From an uncultured Gammaproteobacteria bacterium (GTDB lineage: Bacteria > Patescibacteriota > Microgenomatia > UBA10105 > UBA927): a stretch of DNA of 64,000 bases. Numbering within the stretch: position 1 is the stretch's first letter; each line of letters opens with the position of its first letter. Below the pieces are notes generated by a model. It did no database searches. It saw only the letters and a list, made by a program, of their open reading frames with translations, and had not been told where the DNA came from. The DNA is taken from contig CAYUZE010000005.1 of NCBI GenBank assembly GCA_964449585.1, positions 46,596 through 110,595 on the forward strand, given 5' to 3'. A program made the translations under genes and the position numbers. Positions 47,418-59,928 of the stretch are shown piece by piece.

Positions 47418-49940
47418 TTATTTCGTAAGGCATGTTGCCGCGGCAATCGTGTCTGATTTATCCGCAAACCGCATCAAGATAACGCCGCTGGTTGCCCGGG
47501 AAAGTTGCGGAATGGATTTCATCGGCAGCTTTACCACCTGTCCTTTAGTGGAAGTCAGAATGACCTCTTCGCAATCCGCCGGCACCAGTTGGCTTACGGC
47601 GATTTTCCCCGTTTTGTCTTTAATTTCCGCGACTTTTACTCCCTGTCCTCCCCGTTTCTGTTTGGGGAATCCTGATACGGCGGTCTTTTTGCCCAATCCC
47701 TTTTCCATGACCGTCAAAAAGTCTGCTTTTTTGGTTTCATCGTTAATGACTTCCATGGCGACCACGTAGTCGCCCGGTTTGGCAAGAATGCCCCGAACCC
47801 CCATGGTGTCACGACCTGTGTGGCGGACTTCACTTTCACTGAAACGGATTGATTTTCCTTCGTGGGTAACGAGCAATACGTCATCGTCGCCGCTCGTCAG
47901 TTTTGCCCAGATAAGCTCATCGCCCGCTTCGAGTTTGATCGCTAAAAGCCCGTTTCTGCGGATATTTTCATATTCCGAAAGTTTGGTTTTTTTAACGACG
48001 CCCTTCTTGGTGGCCATTAAGATGTAGTTAATGCCCTTTTCTTTTTGTTCCGTTCGTTTCAGGCTATAGGTAAGCATCGAGGTTACCTTCTCGCTACTTT
48101 CGATGTTGATAAGGTTAACAACCGCCTGTCCTTTGGATTGGCGGCTTGCTTCCGGGATATCCCACACGCGCACTTGATATACTTTCCCTTTCTCGGTGAA
48201 AAAGAGCATATTGTCATGCGTTTGTGCGGCAACCAGCCGGTCAATGGCATCTTCTTCTTTGGTCGTCATGCCGATCACTCCCTTACCTCCCCGTTCCTGG
48301 AGCTTGAAGGTGGTTCGTGGCACGCGTTTGATGTAGCCGGTCTCGGTCATGGTAATGATGGTTTCCTCATTGGCGATAAGCTGTTCGTCGGAGAGTTCAC
48401 CGACTTTACTCTTATACACGCGGGTCTTTCGGTTATCGCCGTATTTTTCTTTGAGCTTTGTGAGTTCTTCCTTGATGACCTTAAGTACTTTTTCCGGGTG
48501 GGCAAGTAAATCTTCAAGGTATGCGATCGTTTCGCGAATCATGGCGAGCTCGTCTTCGATCTTCTGGCGCTCCAAAGCGGCGAGTTTCCGTAGCTGCATG
48601 TCGAGGATTGCCGTTGCCTGAATTTCGGAAAGCTTAAAACGAGCCATCAGTTTTGCCTTGGCATCGTCGGCATCTTTGGCTTTTTTGATGATCGCGATTA
48701 CTTCATCAATGTGATCGACCGCAATTTTGAGTCCTTCGAGAATATGTTCTCTGGCCTTTGCTTCCTTGAGTTCATATTCACTTCTTCGATAAATGACGTC
48801 ATGGCGGTGTTTCAGATACTCTTCGAGTATTTCGCGAAGGGTCAACGTTCGTGGGGTACCGTCCACCAGGGCTACCACGTTCATCGGGAAGGTCGATTGC
48901 AGTTCGGTATATTTATACAGATTGTTTAAGACTTTGTTGGGTTGGGCATCGCGCTTGAGTTCCACGACCACGCGAATGCCGCGTCGGTCGGATTCGTCAC
49001 GAAGATCGGATATGCCTTCCAGACGTTTGTCCTTTACGAGATCGGCGATTTTTGCCACCAGGTTTGCCTTGTTGACCTGGTACGGCAACTCGGTGATGGC
49101 GATCATGCTTTTCCCGTTACCGATTTCCTCGATCTCGGCCTTACCGCGCATGACGATCTTGCCTTTGCCGGTCGAATAGGCGTTTCTGATTTCATTGATG
49201 TCATAAATCGCTCCCGCCGTCGGAAAATCGGGTCCCTGGACAAAATTCATCAGATCCTCGAGCGTGACGTCAAAGGTCATACCGAATTTTTTCGATTCTC
49301 CTTCTTCGGTGACTACCGCGGTCGCCTTCTTATCAATAGTGGCTTTGCCGATCATGAAGATGATGGCATCCACAAGCTCCGTGAGATTGTGCGGCGGGAT
49401 TTTGGTTGCCATACCGACGGCGATACCTTCACTTCCCATAAGCAGCAGATTCGGGAGTTTCGCGGGAAGATACACCGGTTCCGGGATCGAGCCGTCAAAG
49501 TTCGGGATGAAATTGACGGTTTCCTTTTCGATATCCAAAAGCATCTCATCGGCGATTGAATCCAACCGGCATTCGGTGTACCGCATGGCGGCGGCGGGAT
49601 CGCCGTCAATGGATCCGAAGTTGCCCTGACCGTCCACGAGCGTATACCGCATCGAGAAATCCTGTGCCAAGCGAACAAGCGCCTCATAGACGGATGAATC
49701 GCCGTGCGGATGATATTTACCCAACACGTCTCCTACCACCGTTGCACTTTTTTTGTATTTGCTGCTGTGGTGGAGTCCTGCCTGATGCATGGCGTAGAGA
49801 ATTCTCCGGTGCACGGGCTTTAATCCGTCGCGCACATCGGGAAGCGCGCGGGCGACGATAACACTCATCGCATAGTCCATATAGGACTTCTGCATTTCGG
49901 TGACTATTTCGCTGGGTTGAATTTTTCCGATGTGAGCCAT
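47418..49940 (-). CDS. gyrA: DNA gyrase subunit A
   Basis: 840 aa; AMRYTE catalytic-Tyr region, GyrA-box-containing C-terminal beta-pinwheel repeats. Confidence 0.95.
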   Translation of the reverse strand: MAHIGKIQPSEIVTEMQKSYMDYAMSVIVARALPDVRDGLKPVHRRILYAMHQAGLHHSSKYKKSATVVGDVLGKYHPHGDSSVYEALVRLAQDFSMRYTLVDGQGNFGSIDGDPAAAMRYTECRLDSIADEMLLDIEKETVNFIPNFDGSIPEPVYLPAKLPNLLLMGSEGIAVGMATKIPPHNLTELVDAIIFMIGKATIDKKATAVVTEEGESKKFGMTFDVTLEDLMNFVQGPDFPTAGAIYDINEIRNAYSTGKGKIVMRGKAEIEEIGNGKSMIAITELPYQVNKANLVAKIADLVKDKRLEGISDLRDESDRRGIRVVVELKRDAQPNKVLNNLYKYTELQSTFPMNVVALVDGTPRTLTLREILEEYLKHRHDVIYRRSEYELKEAKAREHILEGLKIAVDHIDEVIAIIKKAKDADDAKAKLMARFKLSEIQATAILDMQLRKLAALERQKIEDELAMIRETIAYLEDLLAHPEKVLKVIKEELTKLKEKYGDNRKTRVYKSKVGELSDEQLIANEETIITMTETGYIKRVPRTTFKLQERGGKGVIGMTTKEEDAIDRLVAAQTHDNMLFFTEKGKVYQVRVWDIPEASRQSKGQAVVNLINIESSEKVTSMLTYSLKRTEQKEKGINYILMATKKGVVKKTKLSEYENIRRNGLLAIKLEAGDELIWAKLTSGDDDVLLVTHEGKSIRFSESEVRHTGRDTMGVRGILAKPGDYVVAMEVINDETKKADFLTVMEKGLGKKTAVSGFPKQKRGGQGVKVAEIKDKTGKIAVSQLVPADCEEVILTSTKGQVVKLPMKSIPQLSRATSGVILMRFADKSDTIAAATCLTK

Positions 49941-49943
49941 AGG

Positions 49944-50462
49944 TTATTTGTGTGCAATACCGTCGGTAATTTCCTTTTGTGCCACTTCCTTCCCTTTCCA
50001 TTCCTTGAGTTTCACCCATTTACCGGGTTCGAGTTCTTTGTAGTGTTCAAAGAAATGTTTAATCTTCGCTTTTACGGGTTCGGGAATATCGGAAACATCT
50101 TTCATCGTGCCGTAGAACGGATCGGATTTTTCCGAAGGAACCGCAACAACCTTTGCGTCAACTCCCGATTCATCCTCCATCTCAAGCAGGCCGATGGGGG
50201 TGACATTTACCATGACGCCGGGGTGTAACGGTTGACTGCAGAGCACCATGACATCCACGGGATCACCGTCGCCCGACTTTGTGTTCGGGACAAATCCGTA
50301 GTTTGCCGGATACCCCATGGTGGTGCGGACGAAACGATCCACCATAATGACTTCGGCTTCCTTGTCCATTTCATACTTCACCATGCATCCTTCGGGGATT
50401 TCGATGATGACGTTTATATCTTCGGGCGGGTTTTTTCCTGGTTTGATTGCTGATAGGTTCAT
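49944..50462 (-). CDS. ppa: Inorganic pyrophosphatase
   Basis: Family I PPase motifs ([17 protein letters not shown]). Confidence 0.9.
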   Translation of the reverse strand: MNLSAIKPGKNPPEDINVIIEIPEGCMVKYEMDKEAEVIMVDRFVRTTMGYPANYGFVPNTKSGDGDPVDVMVLCSQPLHPGVMVNVTPIGLLEMEDESGVDAKVVAVPSEKSDPFYGTMKDVSDIPEPVKAKIKHFFEHYKELEPGKWVKLKEWKGKEVAQKEITDGIAHK

Positions 50463-50483
50463 AATGCCTCCTTTGATAAATAA

Positions 50484-52406
<1,923 letters not shown>

Positions 52407-52468
52407 TTACTGCCTTCTCAAGAAAAAAGAGAGCGACATACACGACGCTCAAAAATCATTGTACCCGA

Positions 52469-53182
52469 TCATATTTTGGTTGTCCAGCGAGTTGTTGGAT
52501 TGTTTTCTTCATCGGTGATAAGGGCGTGTTCGAGGGCAAGAAGCGGGTGAATATTCCCCTGTATCCGTTGCTTTGCCCGCATGAGACGATGGATCAATCG
52601 GGTGGTGAAAAGTACTTTTTTGTCCACGGTTATTGTCGAAACATGGGTGCGAAGGGATTGTGCAAGAACCACCGTCGCGGCATCGATCCAGGCGACCATT
52701 TCTTCCTTTGATTTGCCGATCGTCTCCGCAAACGCAATGCGTTCTCCGACCGGGGTAGTCGCAAGTTCGGTGAGAAACTCGGTCATTTTACCCGAGCCGT
52801 CGCCTACGGGTGCCGTTGATTTCCCCTTAACGGTGATCTTGGTGCATCGGGATACCACCGTCGGAAGCAAAGTCGCATCATTGGGAGCCGAAAGAATAAG
52901 AATTGCATGCGCGGGCGGTTCCTCAAGTGTTTTTAACAGTGCCTGCTGTGCTTCTACGGTGAGCAGTTCCGCTTGCGGAATAATACCCGCGCTCATTGTG
53001 CCGTGTGTCGGGCGGAGTGCAATTGTCTTGATAAAGGCACGGATTTGTTCAATCCCGATCGTCGGTCCCGTGAGTTCGGGTGAGGTGGCATCAAACGCGT
53101 GTATGTCGAGCATTGCGGTACGTCGTGCAATTTCTTTGGTTCGTTCCGGCAGGTCACCGCCGGTAATAAGATAGGCATGCAT
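52469..53182 (-). CDS. holB: DNA polymerase III delta-prime subunit (short form)
   Basis: LLKTLEEPP and SRC motifs; N-terminus uncertain (track ORF extends to 53227; internal Met MHAYLITGG chosen). Confidence 0.6.
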   Translation of the reverse strand: MHAYLITGGDLPERTKEIARRTAMLDIHAFDATSPELTGPTIGIEQIRAFIKTIALRPTHGTMSAGIIPQAELLTVEAQQALLKTLEEPPAHAILILSAPNDATLLPTVVSRCTKITVKGKSTAPVGDGSGKMTEFLTELATTPVGERIAFAETIGKSKEEMVAWIDAATVVLAQSLRTHVSTITVDKKVLFTTRLIHRLMRAKQRIQGNIHPLLALEHALITDEENNPTTRWTTKI

Positions 53183-53286
53183 AGATTTTCGTGTTTGTAC
53201 TATAGTACTTTGGCTTTCCCCTTGCAAAGCCGTTTGTTACCATGAATAATGGATATACCGACGTCTGTTGGTACGTTGTGGTCGTA

Positions 53287-55013
53287 CGGTAATCGCTATG
53301 CCTGCCCAAGATATCGTTTCCATTCTTATTGCCGAAAATAAATTATCCGCCGATAAGGGCGATAAAATCCGCACCGAATCGCTTAATTCCGGCATCCCCG
53401 TCGAAGACCTGCTGGTGGGAAAATACGGCATATCTCATGATGACTATTCGCGTGCCAAAGCAGAGTCACTGGGCATTCCGTTTGTGACCGTTTCCGGTCG
53501 TGCCATTTCTCCCGACGTCATCAATTTTATTCCCGAGCCGGTAGCCAGACGATATACGTTGGTGCCCTTTCAAATCGATCCCGACGAACGTGCCGCGCTT
53601 TCGGTTGCGATGGTCGACCCCCTGGACTTTCAGGTAGTCGAGTTTTTGGAAAAGAAATCGGGACATTCGATCCGTCCCTACATGGGACTGAAGGACGATA
53701 TTCTCTCGGCAATTGATGAACTCTACACCCAAAACCTGGGGGCGGATGTTACCGCGGCACTTGAGGAATCATCCCCCGCGATTAAAACATATGAGGCCGG
53801 GCGACTCGGGGAAGTGATTCGCGAGGCTCCGATTGCGCAAATCGTATCGGCGATTCTTGAGCAGGCAATTCGTATCAGAGCATCCGACGTCCATATCGAA
53901 CCGCAGATTGCGGAAACACGGGTGCGGTATCGGGTTGACGGTATATTGCAGGAGCGACTGGTGCTTCCCCGAAGGCTTCAGGAAGCCGTTATTTCCCGTA
54001 TCAAAATTCTTGCGGATTTGAAAATCGATGAAAAGCGGGTGCCGCAGGACGGTCGGTTCAATTTTAAAATGGGAGAAAGCGAAGTGGACCTTCGTGTCTC
54101 TACCCTGCCTACCGTACACGGCGAAAAGGTCGTCATGCGGTTGCTCAAAAAATCGGGAGGAATTCCCACGCTTAATGAGTTGGGGCTCCGCGGGTTGGCG
54201 CTGAAGCACCTTGAGACGGCAATCCGAAGACCGCACGGCGTCATTCTGGTAACCGGTCCTACGGGAAGCGGTAAAACGACCACCCTGTATTCGGTGCTTG
54301 CGATATTAAACAATGCAAAAGTAAATATCATGACCCTTGAAGATCCGGTCGAGTATGAGATCGGTGGCGTCAATCAGGTGCAGATTAATCCGGCGGCTGG
54401 CTTGACGTTTGCTACCGGTCTTCGCAGTTTCCTTCGTCAGGACCCCAACATTATTCTTGTCGGAGAAATTCGCGATCAGGAAACGGCGGAACTGGCGATT
54501 CAGGCTGCCCTTACGGGTCATTTGGTCTTTTCCACGTTACACACCAACAACGCGGCGGGGGCAATTCCGCGGTTGATTGATTTGGGGGCGGAACCCTTCC
54601 TTGTTGCTTCAGCGCTTAACGCGGTGGTAGGACAACGTATTGCGCGAAGACTCTGTCCGACCTGTAAGGAAGAATATGTGCCCGAAGAACCGGTGTTGGT
54701 GGATTTGCGTCGTGTTGTGGGGACGCTTTGGCCCCAGGATAAACCGATGGTGCTGTATCGCGGGAAAGGAACCGTGGACGGCAAGCAATGTGAAAGTTGC
54801 GGCGGTTCGGGCTATCTGGGGCGACTCGGGGTGTTTGAAGTATTTCCGATCACCGATGCCATAAGCAAATTAACGCTTACCCGGGCACCCATGAGTGAGA
54901 TTGAAAAACAGGCGATTGCCGAGGGAATGATTACTATGAAGCAGGACGGTTATTTGAAGGCGCTTGAAGGAGTGACGACGATCGAAGAAGTGCTTCGCGT
55001 CGCCCAAGACTAA
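53287..55013 (+). CDS. pilB: Type IV pilus assembly ATPase PilB (GspE family)
   Basis: N-terminal GSPII domain, Walker A GPTGSGKTTT, Asp box, His box, tetra-Cys motif CPTCK...CESCGGSGY. Confidence 0.85.
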
Positions 55014-55018
55014 CGACT

Positions 55019-56071
55019 ATGGACATGCAGCAAATGTTTGCCGAAGCGGCAAGAAAAGAAGCATCCGACATCCATTATATCGTGGGATTTCCTCCCATGC
55101 TTCGGGTCAACGGGGTGCTCCTTCCCGTTGAAGGCACGAGTATCCTGACCGATGAGGATGCCAGAAGGCTTTTGTATTCCACCTTCACCGACGACCAAAA
55201 AGAAATATTTGAAACAAACAAGGAAATTGACTATTCATTAGCCACGCCGGTCGGCCGGTTTCGGGTGAATGTCTACGTACAGAAAAATACCATTGCGGGA
55301 GCATTCCGGTTAATTCCCCAAAAAATTAAAACGATCGACGAATTAGGGCTTCCCAATATCTGCCACCAGTTTGTGAAACTCAGGCAGGGTTTGGTGCTGG
55401 TAACGGGTCCGACGGGTCACGGCAAATCCACCACGCTGGCCTCCATGATCAATATGATCAATATGAACAAAGGGACGCATATCATTACGATCGAAGATCC
55501 GATCGAGTACGTGTACCCTTTCGCCCAATCGATCGTATCCCAACGGGAAATGCACAGCGATACGCACTCATGGAATGTGGCGCTCAGGAGCGTGCTCCGT
55601 GAAGATCCCGATGTTGTCTTAATCGGCGAAATGCGTGATTTTGAGACGATCCAATCGGCGATTACGATTGCGGAAACGGGTCATTTGGTATTTGCGACCC
55701 TCCACACCAATTCCGCCGCACAAACGATTGACCGTATTGTTGACGTGTTCCCGGAAAACCAGCAAACGCAAATCCGGTTGCAGCTATCCAACGTACTTGA
55801 GGGAGTTTTGTCGCTCCGGCTTGTACCCGCTGTGGCGGGCGGACGCCTCCCCGTATCGGAAATCCTTACGGCAACTCCCGCGGTGCGTACGCTGATCCGC
55901 GAAGGAAAGACCCATCAGATCGATAACATTATTCAGACGAGTGCCGAATACGGTATGATGACTCTTGAAACATCCCTTGCAACATTGGTAAAGGCAGGCA
56001 GCATTAGTCTTGAGGTTGCCAACTCCTATGCGCTTCGCCCGGAGGAACTGGGAAGATTGTTGCAAAAATAA
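55019..56071 (+). CDS. pilT: Type IV pilus retraction ATPase PilT
   Basis: Walker A GPTGHGKSTT, no N-terminal GSPII domain, no Zn tetra-Cys, about 350 aa. Confidence 0.85.
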   Translation: MDMQQMFAEAARKEASDIHYIVGFPPMLRVNGVLLPVEGTSILTDEDARRLLYSTFTDDQKEIFETNKEIDYSLATPVGRFRVNVYVQKNTIAGAFRLIPQKIKTIDELGLPNICHQFVKLRQGLVLVTGPTGHGKSTTLASMINMINMNKGTHIITIEDPIEYVYPFAQSIVSQREMHSDTHSWNVALRSVLREDPDVVLIGEMRDFETIQSAITIAETGHLVFATLHTNSAAQTIDRIVDVFPENQQTQIRLQLSNVLEGVLSLRLVPAVAGGRLPVSEILTATPAVRTLIREGKTHQIDNIIQTSAEYGMMTLETSLATLVKAGSISLEVANSYALRPEELGRLLQK

Positions 56072-56080
56072 TAAAACGCT

Positions 56081-57289
56081 ATGGCATACTTTTCCTACAA
56101 GGCGCGCGATCTCCGCGGCAAATCAGCGACCGGTTTTGTGGAAGCGCCCACAAAAGAGGCGGCAACCCGTCTTCTTCATGACAAACAATTGTTTGTCATA
56201 AATCTTACCGAATCACGCAGGCAGGAACAGGGAATCGGCTCCGTAAAGCTGAGAAGAGTGGGGTTTGGTGAAATCGTCAATTTCACCCGCCAGCTTGCCA
56301 CCATGGTGGTTGCCGGCTTATCCCTCCCTGAGGCGCTTTCAATTCTTCGTGCCCAGACACCCAACCCTGCATTCGTCACGGTATTAAACGAAATCGAACA
56401 CCAGATCATCAGCGGCGGCAATCTGGGTGACGCGCTTGCCAAATATCCCCAACACTTCTCCGCCATCTATATCGCCCTTGTTCGGGCGGGAGAATCCTCC
56501 GGTCAACTCGATCAGGTATTGGCGCGGCTTGCCGACAGCATGGAATCCCAGCGGGATTTCCGCAGTAAGGTATCGGGTGCAATGATTTATCCCGTCATTA
56601 TCATGGTCGGTATGGGCATCGTGGTGATGATTATGATGACCGTTGTTATCCCGAAGCTGACCGAACTTTATAATGATTTCGGCGTCGACTTGCCGTTTGC
56701 AACGCAGCTGTTGATTTCCATATCGCAATTTTTCGTTCACTATTGGTGGCTTATGCTTGCGGCGGGGTTCGGTGGATTCTACGGATTTATGAAATGGAAG
56801 GCAACGAAAGTGGGTCAGTTGGTGGTAGACACGATTTTGCTCAGTATTCCCCTCTTCGGAGAATTGCAGAAGAAAATTATTCTCGTTGAATTTACCCGGA
56901 CGCTATCCATGTTGATAAGCTCCGGTATTCGGCTGCTTGATGCGCTCACCATATTGAAAGACGCGCTGGACAACGTGCTCTTTCGGAACGCGATTGTCGA
57001 AATCTCCAAAAAAGTTGAGCGCGGGTTCCCTCTGGGAGATACCTTTGCCCAATATCCGGTATTCCCGCCGATCGTATCGCAAATGATGAAAGTGGGAGAA
57101 GAAACCGGAAAACTTGACGACACGCTGCTTAAGTTGTCCAAGTATTTTGCGTCCGAATCGGAAAATCTCGTGAAAGGGCTTACGACTGCGATTGAACCTA
57201 TCATCATGGTGGTATTGGGAGTCGGTGTCGGATTTATCGTTATCGCGGTTATCACTCCGATTTACAACCTTACCTCTCAATTCAAATAA
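56081..57289 (+). CDS. pilC: Type IV pilus platform protein PilC (GspF family)
   Basis: Duplicated T2SSF domains, 3 TM helices, 402 aa. Confidence 0.85.
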   Translation: MAYFSYKARDLRGKSATGFVEAPTKEAATRLLHDKQLFVINLTESRRQEQGIGSVKLRRVGFGEIVNFTRQLATMVVAGLSLPEALSILRAQTPNPAFVTVLNEIEHQIISGGNLGDALAKYPQHFSAIYIALVRAGESSGQLDQVLARLADSMESQRDFRSKVSGAMIYPVIIMVGMGIVVMIMMTVVIPKLTELYNDFGVDLPFATQLLISISQFFVHYWWLMLAAGFGGFYGFMKWKATKVGQLVVDTILLSIPLFGELQKKIILVEFTRTLSMLISSGIRLLDALTILKDALDNVLFRNAIVEISKKVERGFPLGDTFAQYPVFPPIVSQMMKVGEETGKLDDTLLKLSKYFASESENLVKGLTTAIEPIIMVVLGVGVGFIVIAVITPIYNLTSQFK

Positions 57290-57374
57290 CGGGAATTGCA
57301 TTAGCCGTGTGAGGCGGATAGTTTTCCATGCCCCTATTGACAAGCCAATTTGAAGCGTGATACACCATATATAT

Positions 57375-57887
57375 ATGAGAAATTATTTTGCCCAAAATAA
57401 AGGCTTCACGCTTATTGAACTTCTTATCGTTATCGCACTTCTGGGTGCATTGGCAGTTGGACTTTTGGCTACTATTGATCCGTTTGAGCAATTGAAGAAA
57501 GGTCGTGATACCTCGCTTCGCAATACGGTATCGGAGTTTTATAACGCAAATCTCCGGTATTACTCTACCAAAGGACAGTTCCCGTGGGGTACCGACGCGA
57601 CGGCCGGGAGTTCGTATCCTGCGTTTACAAGTTGGATCGCCGAACTTATCACGGTGGGAGAACTCAAAGCCCGATTCCAAGAGTTAGCCGGTACGGGTAA
57701 CCTTGCCAAGATTTACGTCAACTCGACCAGCGGCGAGCATTTGTCCGCCTGCTTTAAGCCTGAATCAAAGGCATTTCAGGAAGATTTGAACACGATCTAT
57801 GATTCAAGTGGCGTCACTTCATCTGTCACTTGCAAATCACAAACGACCGGTACGGCCGGATCTGAATGCTACTTCTGTATTCAGTAA
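57375..57887 (+). CDS. Type IV pilin (candidate major pilin)
   Basis: Class III signal MRNYFAQNKG|FTLIELLIVIALLG with Glu at +5; first pilin gene after pilBTC. Confidence 0.7.
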   Translation: MRNYFAQNKGFTLIELLIVIALLGALAVGLLATIDPFEQLKKGRDTSLRNTVSEFYNANLRYYSTKGQFPWGTDATAGSSYPAFTSWIAELITVGELKARFQELAGTGNLAKIYVNSTSGEHLSACFKPESKAFQEDLNTIYDSSGVTSSVTCKSQTTGTAGSECYFCIQ

Positions 57888-57915
57888 ACACACGCCTGCC
57901 TAAGCGAACGACTGC

Positions 57916-59928
57916 ATGATCGGATCCTGGATTATCGGTGCATCCTCGGTTATTCTTTTTCTCATCTTTCAAGCGACGGGGATATTCGGCGGAGATAGCG
58001 GGGATATGGTAACGGCGGCTGTGGTGCGCGGTGTTCCCCATCCGCCCGGCTACCCGCTTTATACGTTCTTGGGGTGGCTAGCTTCTCTGCTTCCCGTTTC
58101 GACGCCTTCCTGGCGTGTCACGTTGCTTTCATCGATCCCGCACGCGGTTGCGGTCGCGATACTCTATGCATTTTTACTGCGGCTTACGAAGAAAAATATT
58201 GTTGCCGGTATCTTCGGCGTACTGCTTATTGTCGGCAACTATTTATTCTTTCTTTATAGCATCACCGCAGAGGTATTCGCGCTGTTCGACCTGTTTATTA
58301 TCGGTATCCTCTATCTCCTGTTTTGTTGGCAGGAAACAAAAAACCCCGTTCACCTTCGCATGGCAGCCATGCTCTTCGGCCTTGCCATGGCGCATCACCA
58401 CCTGATCCTTTTTTTTGTGCCCGCTATTTTTTATTTTCTTTATACGGAACGCAAGGTGCTGGCAAAAAAAATATCGCTTCGATGGCTTGGTATCACGGGC
58501 GGTCTTTTATTGGTTGCCGTTATTGTCCCCACCCTTTATATTCCCGTCGCCGCATCATCCGATCCCATTATTAACTGGGATCGCGCAGTCACCTGGGAGG
58601 GGTTTGTGCGACTCATTACGCGGGCGGATTACGGTACCTTTGTTTCCGGCGGCTCCATCGGTCATACGCTGAAAGAACGATGGATTGCCGTGATCGCTTA
58701 TAGCAATTTTCTTCGCATCGACTGGACGGCTATCGGGATTATCCTCTCGCTACTCGGACTTGCCTCATGGTATAAGACCCGCAGGACGTGGTGGGCTACC
58801 TGGATGATCGCGTTTCTTTCCATAGGACCGCTGTTTTTCTTTTATGCGAGTTTTCCGCTTGCAAGCCGTTTTACGCTGGGTACGTATGAACGTTTTTTAC
58901 TGCCCAGTTATCTTCTCCTTGCCCTTGCGGCAGGGAGCGGATTTTCCTGGCTGATAACAAGCGTTGCGCGAATGGCAAAAAAACGCTTTTCTGTGCCTCT
59001 TGCTCGCGGTATCGTGGGGGTGTTATCCCTTATCCTTCTGTGTTACCCGCTCTCGTTTATGGGAATGTCGCTATGGCGATTTTGGGGAATCTCCGCCGAT
59101 AAAACAGCCGATCAGTTAGGGATCGATATCCTTTCCCAAACGGCTCCCGGTGCGGTGCTTTTGCTGAGCCAGGATACCGCACTCTTTACGACGCAATATG
59201 TTCGTTACGGCTTGGGCATTCGACCGGATACCGCGGTCATTCATGCCTCAAGACTTCCCGCTTCTGATTATCAGCTCGTGCTCAAAAAACACTTTCCGAC
59301 GCTGGTATTTCCCGCTGCGGATCCCGTTGACGTAACCGCATCGTTTATTAAGGAAAATGTGAAGGAAAACCGGCGCGTGTATAGCAACACTAACTTGCCG
59401 ATCGGGGAGGGGTGGTATTGGGTACCGAGGGGACTTATTTATGAAGCGTTGCCCTATGAAAGACTCCCTGATGCGAGATCAATGTACAATGATGCGGCGA
59501 AGCTCACCGCCGCGATGCATGATCCGCTATCGGGTATTCTCTCCCGGTATCCCCATCTCATGCTTTCCGACGTACTGGATGTCTATGCGACCGGCAGGAT
59601 TGCATTGGGAAAAACACTTCTTCGGGCGGAGCTTTGGGAAGAAGCACGAAAGGAATTTGAAGCCGCCGTTTCTCTGGGAGGCGATACGAGTCTTACCGAA
59701 GCGCTGGAAATGGTCGGTCTCACCCATTTATATTTTAAGGAATGCGACAAGGCCATCGCCGCGTTTTCCGAGGCAAAGATGCGGTCATTTGTGGTAAGTC
59801 CCGTGCATCTTAAAATGGAATCTATCGCCTACGGCGAGTGTAAGGGCGATGAAGCGCGTGCGCGGGAGATTTTTTCCGAATATGAGAAACAGAAACGGGA
59901 AGCCGAACAGCCATTAGAGACACTGTAA
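57916..59928 (+). CDS. GT-C-fold membrane glycosyltransferase-like protein (DUF2723/TMEM260-like) with C-terminal TPR repeats
   Basis: About 11 TM helices; first-loop acidic motif GGDSGDM and GYPLYT motif; soluble C-terminal TPR-like region. Confidence 0.45.
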   Translation: MIGSWIIGASSVILFLIFQATGIFGGDSGDMVTAAVVRGVPHPPGYPLYTFLGWLASLLPVSTPSWRVTLLSSIPHAVAVAILYAFLLRLTKKNIVAGIFGVLLIVGNYLFFLYSITAEVFALFDLFIIGILYLLFCWQETKNPVHLRMAAMLFGLAMAHHHLILFFVPAIFYFLYTERKVLAKKISLRWLGITGGLLLVAVIVPTLYIPVAASSDPIINWDRAVTWEGFVRLITRADYGTFVSGGSIGHTLKERWIAVIAYSNFLRIDWTAIGIILSLLGLASWYKTRRTWWATWMIAFLSIGPLFFFYASFPLASRFTLGTYERFLLPSYLLLALAAGSGFSWLITSVARMAKKRFSVPLARGIVGVLSLILLCYPLSFMGMSLWRFWGISADKTADQLGIDILSQTAPGAVLLLSQDTALFTTQYVRYGLGIRPDTAVIHASRLPASDYQLVLKKHFPTLVFPAADPVDVTASFIKENVKENRRVYSNTNLPIGEGWYWVPRGLIYEALPYERLPDARSMYNDAAKLTAAMHDPLSGILSRYPHLMLSDVLDVYATGRIALGKTLLRAELWEEARKEFEAAVSLGGDTSLTEALEMVGLTHLYFKECDKAIAAFSEAKMRSFVVSPVHLKMESIAYGECKGDEARAREIFSEYEKQKREAEQPLETL

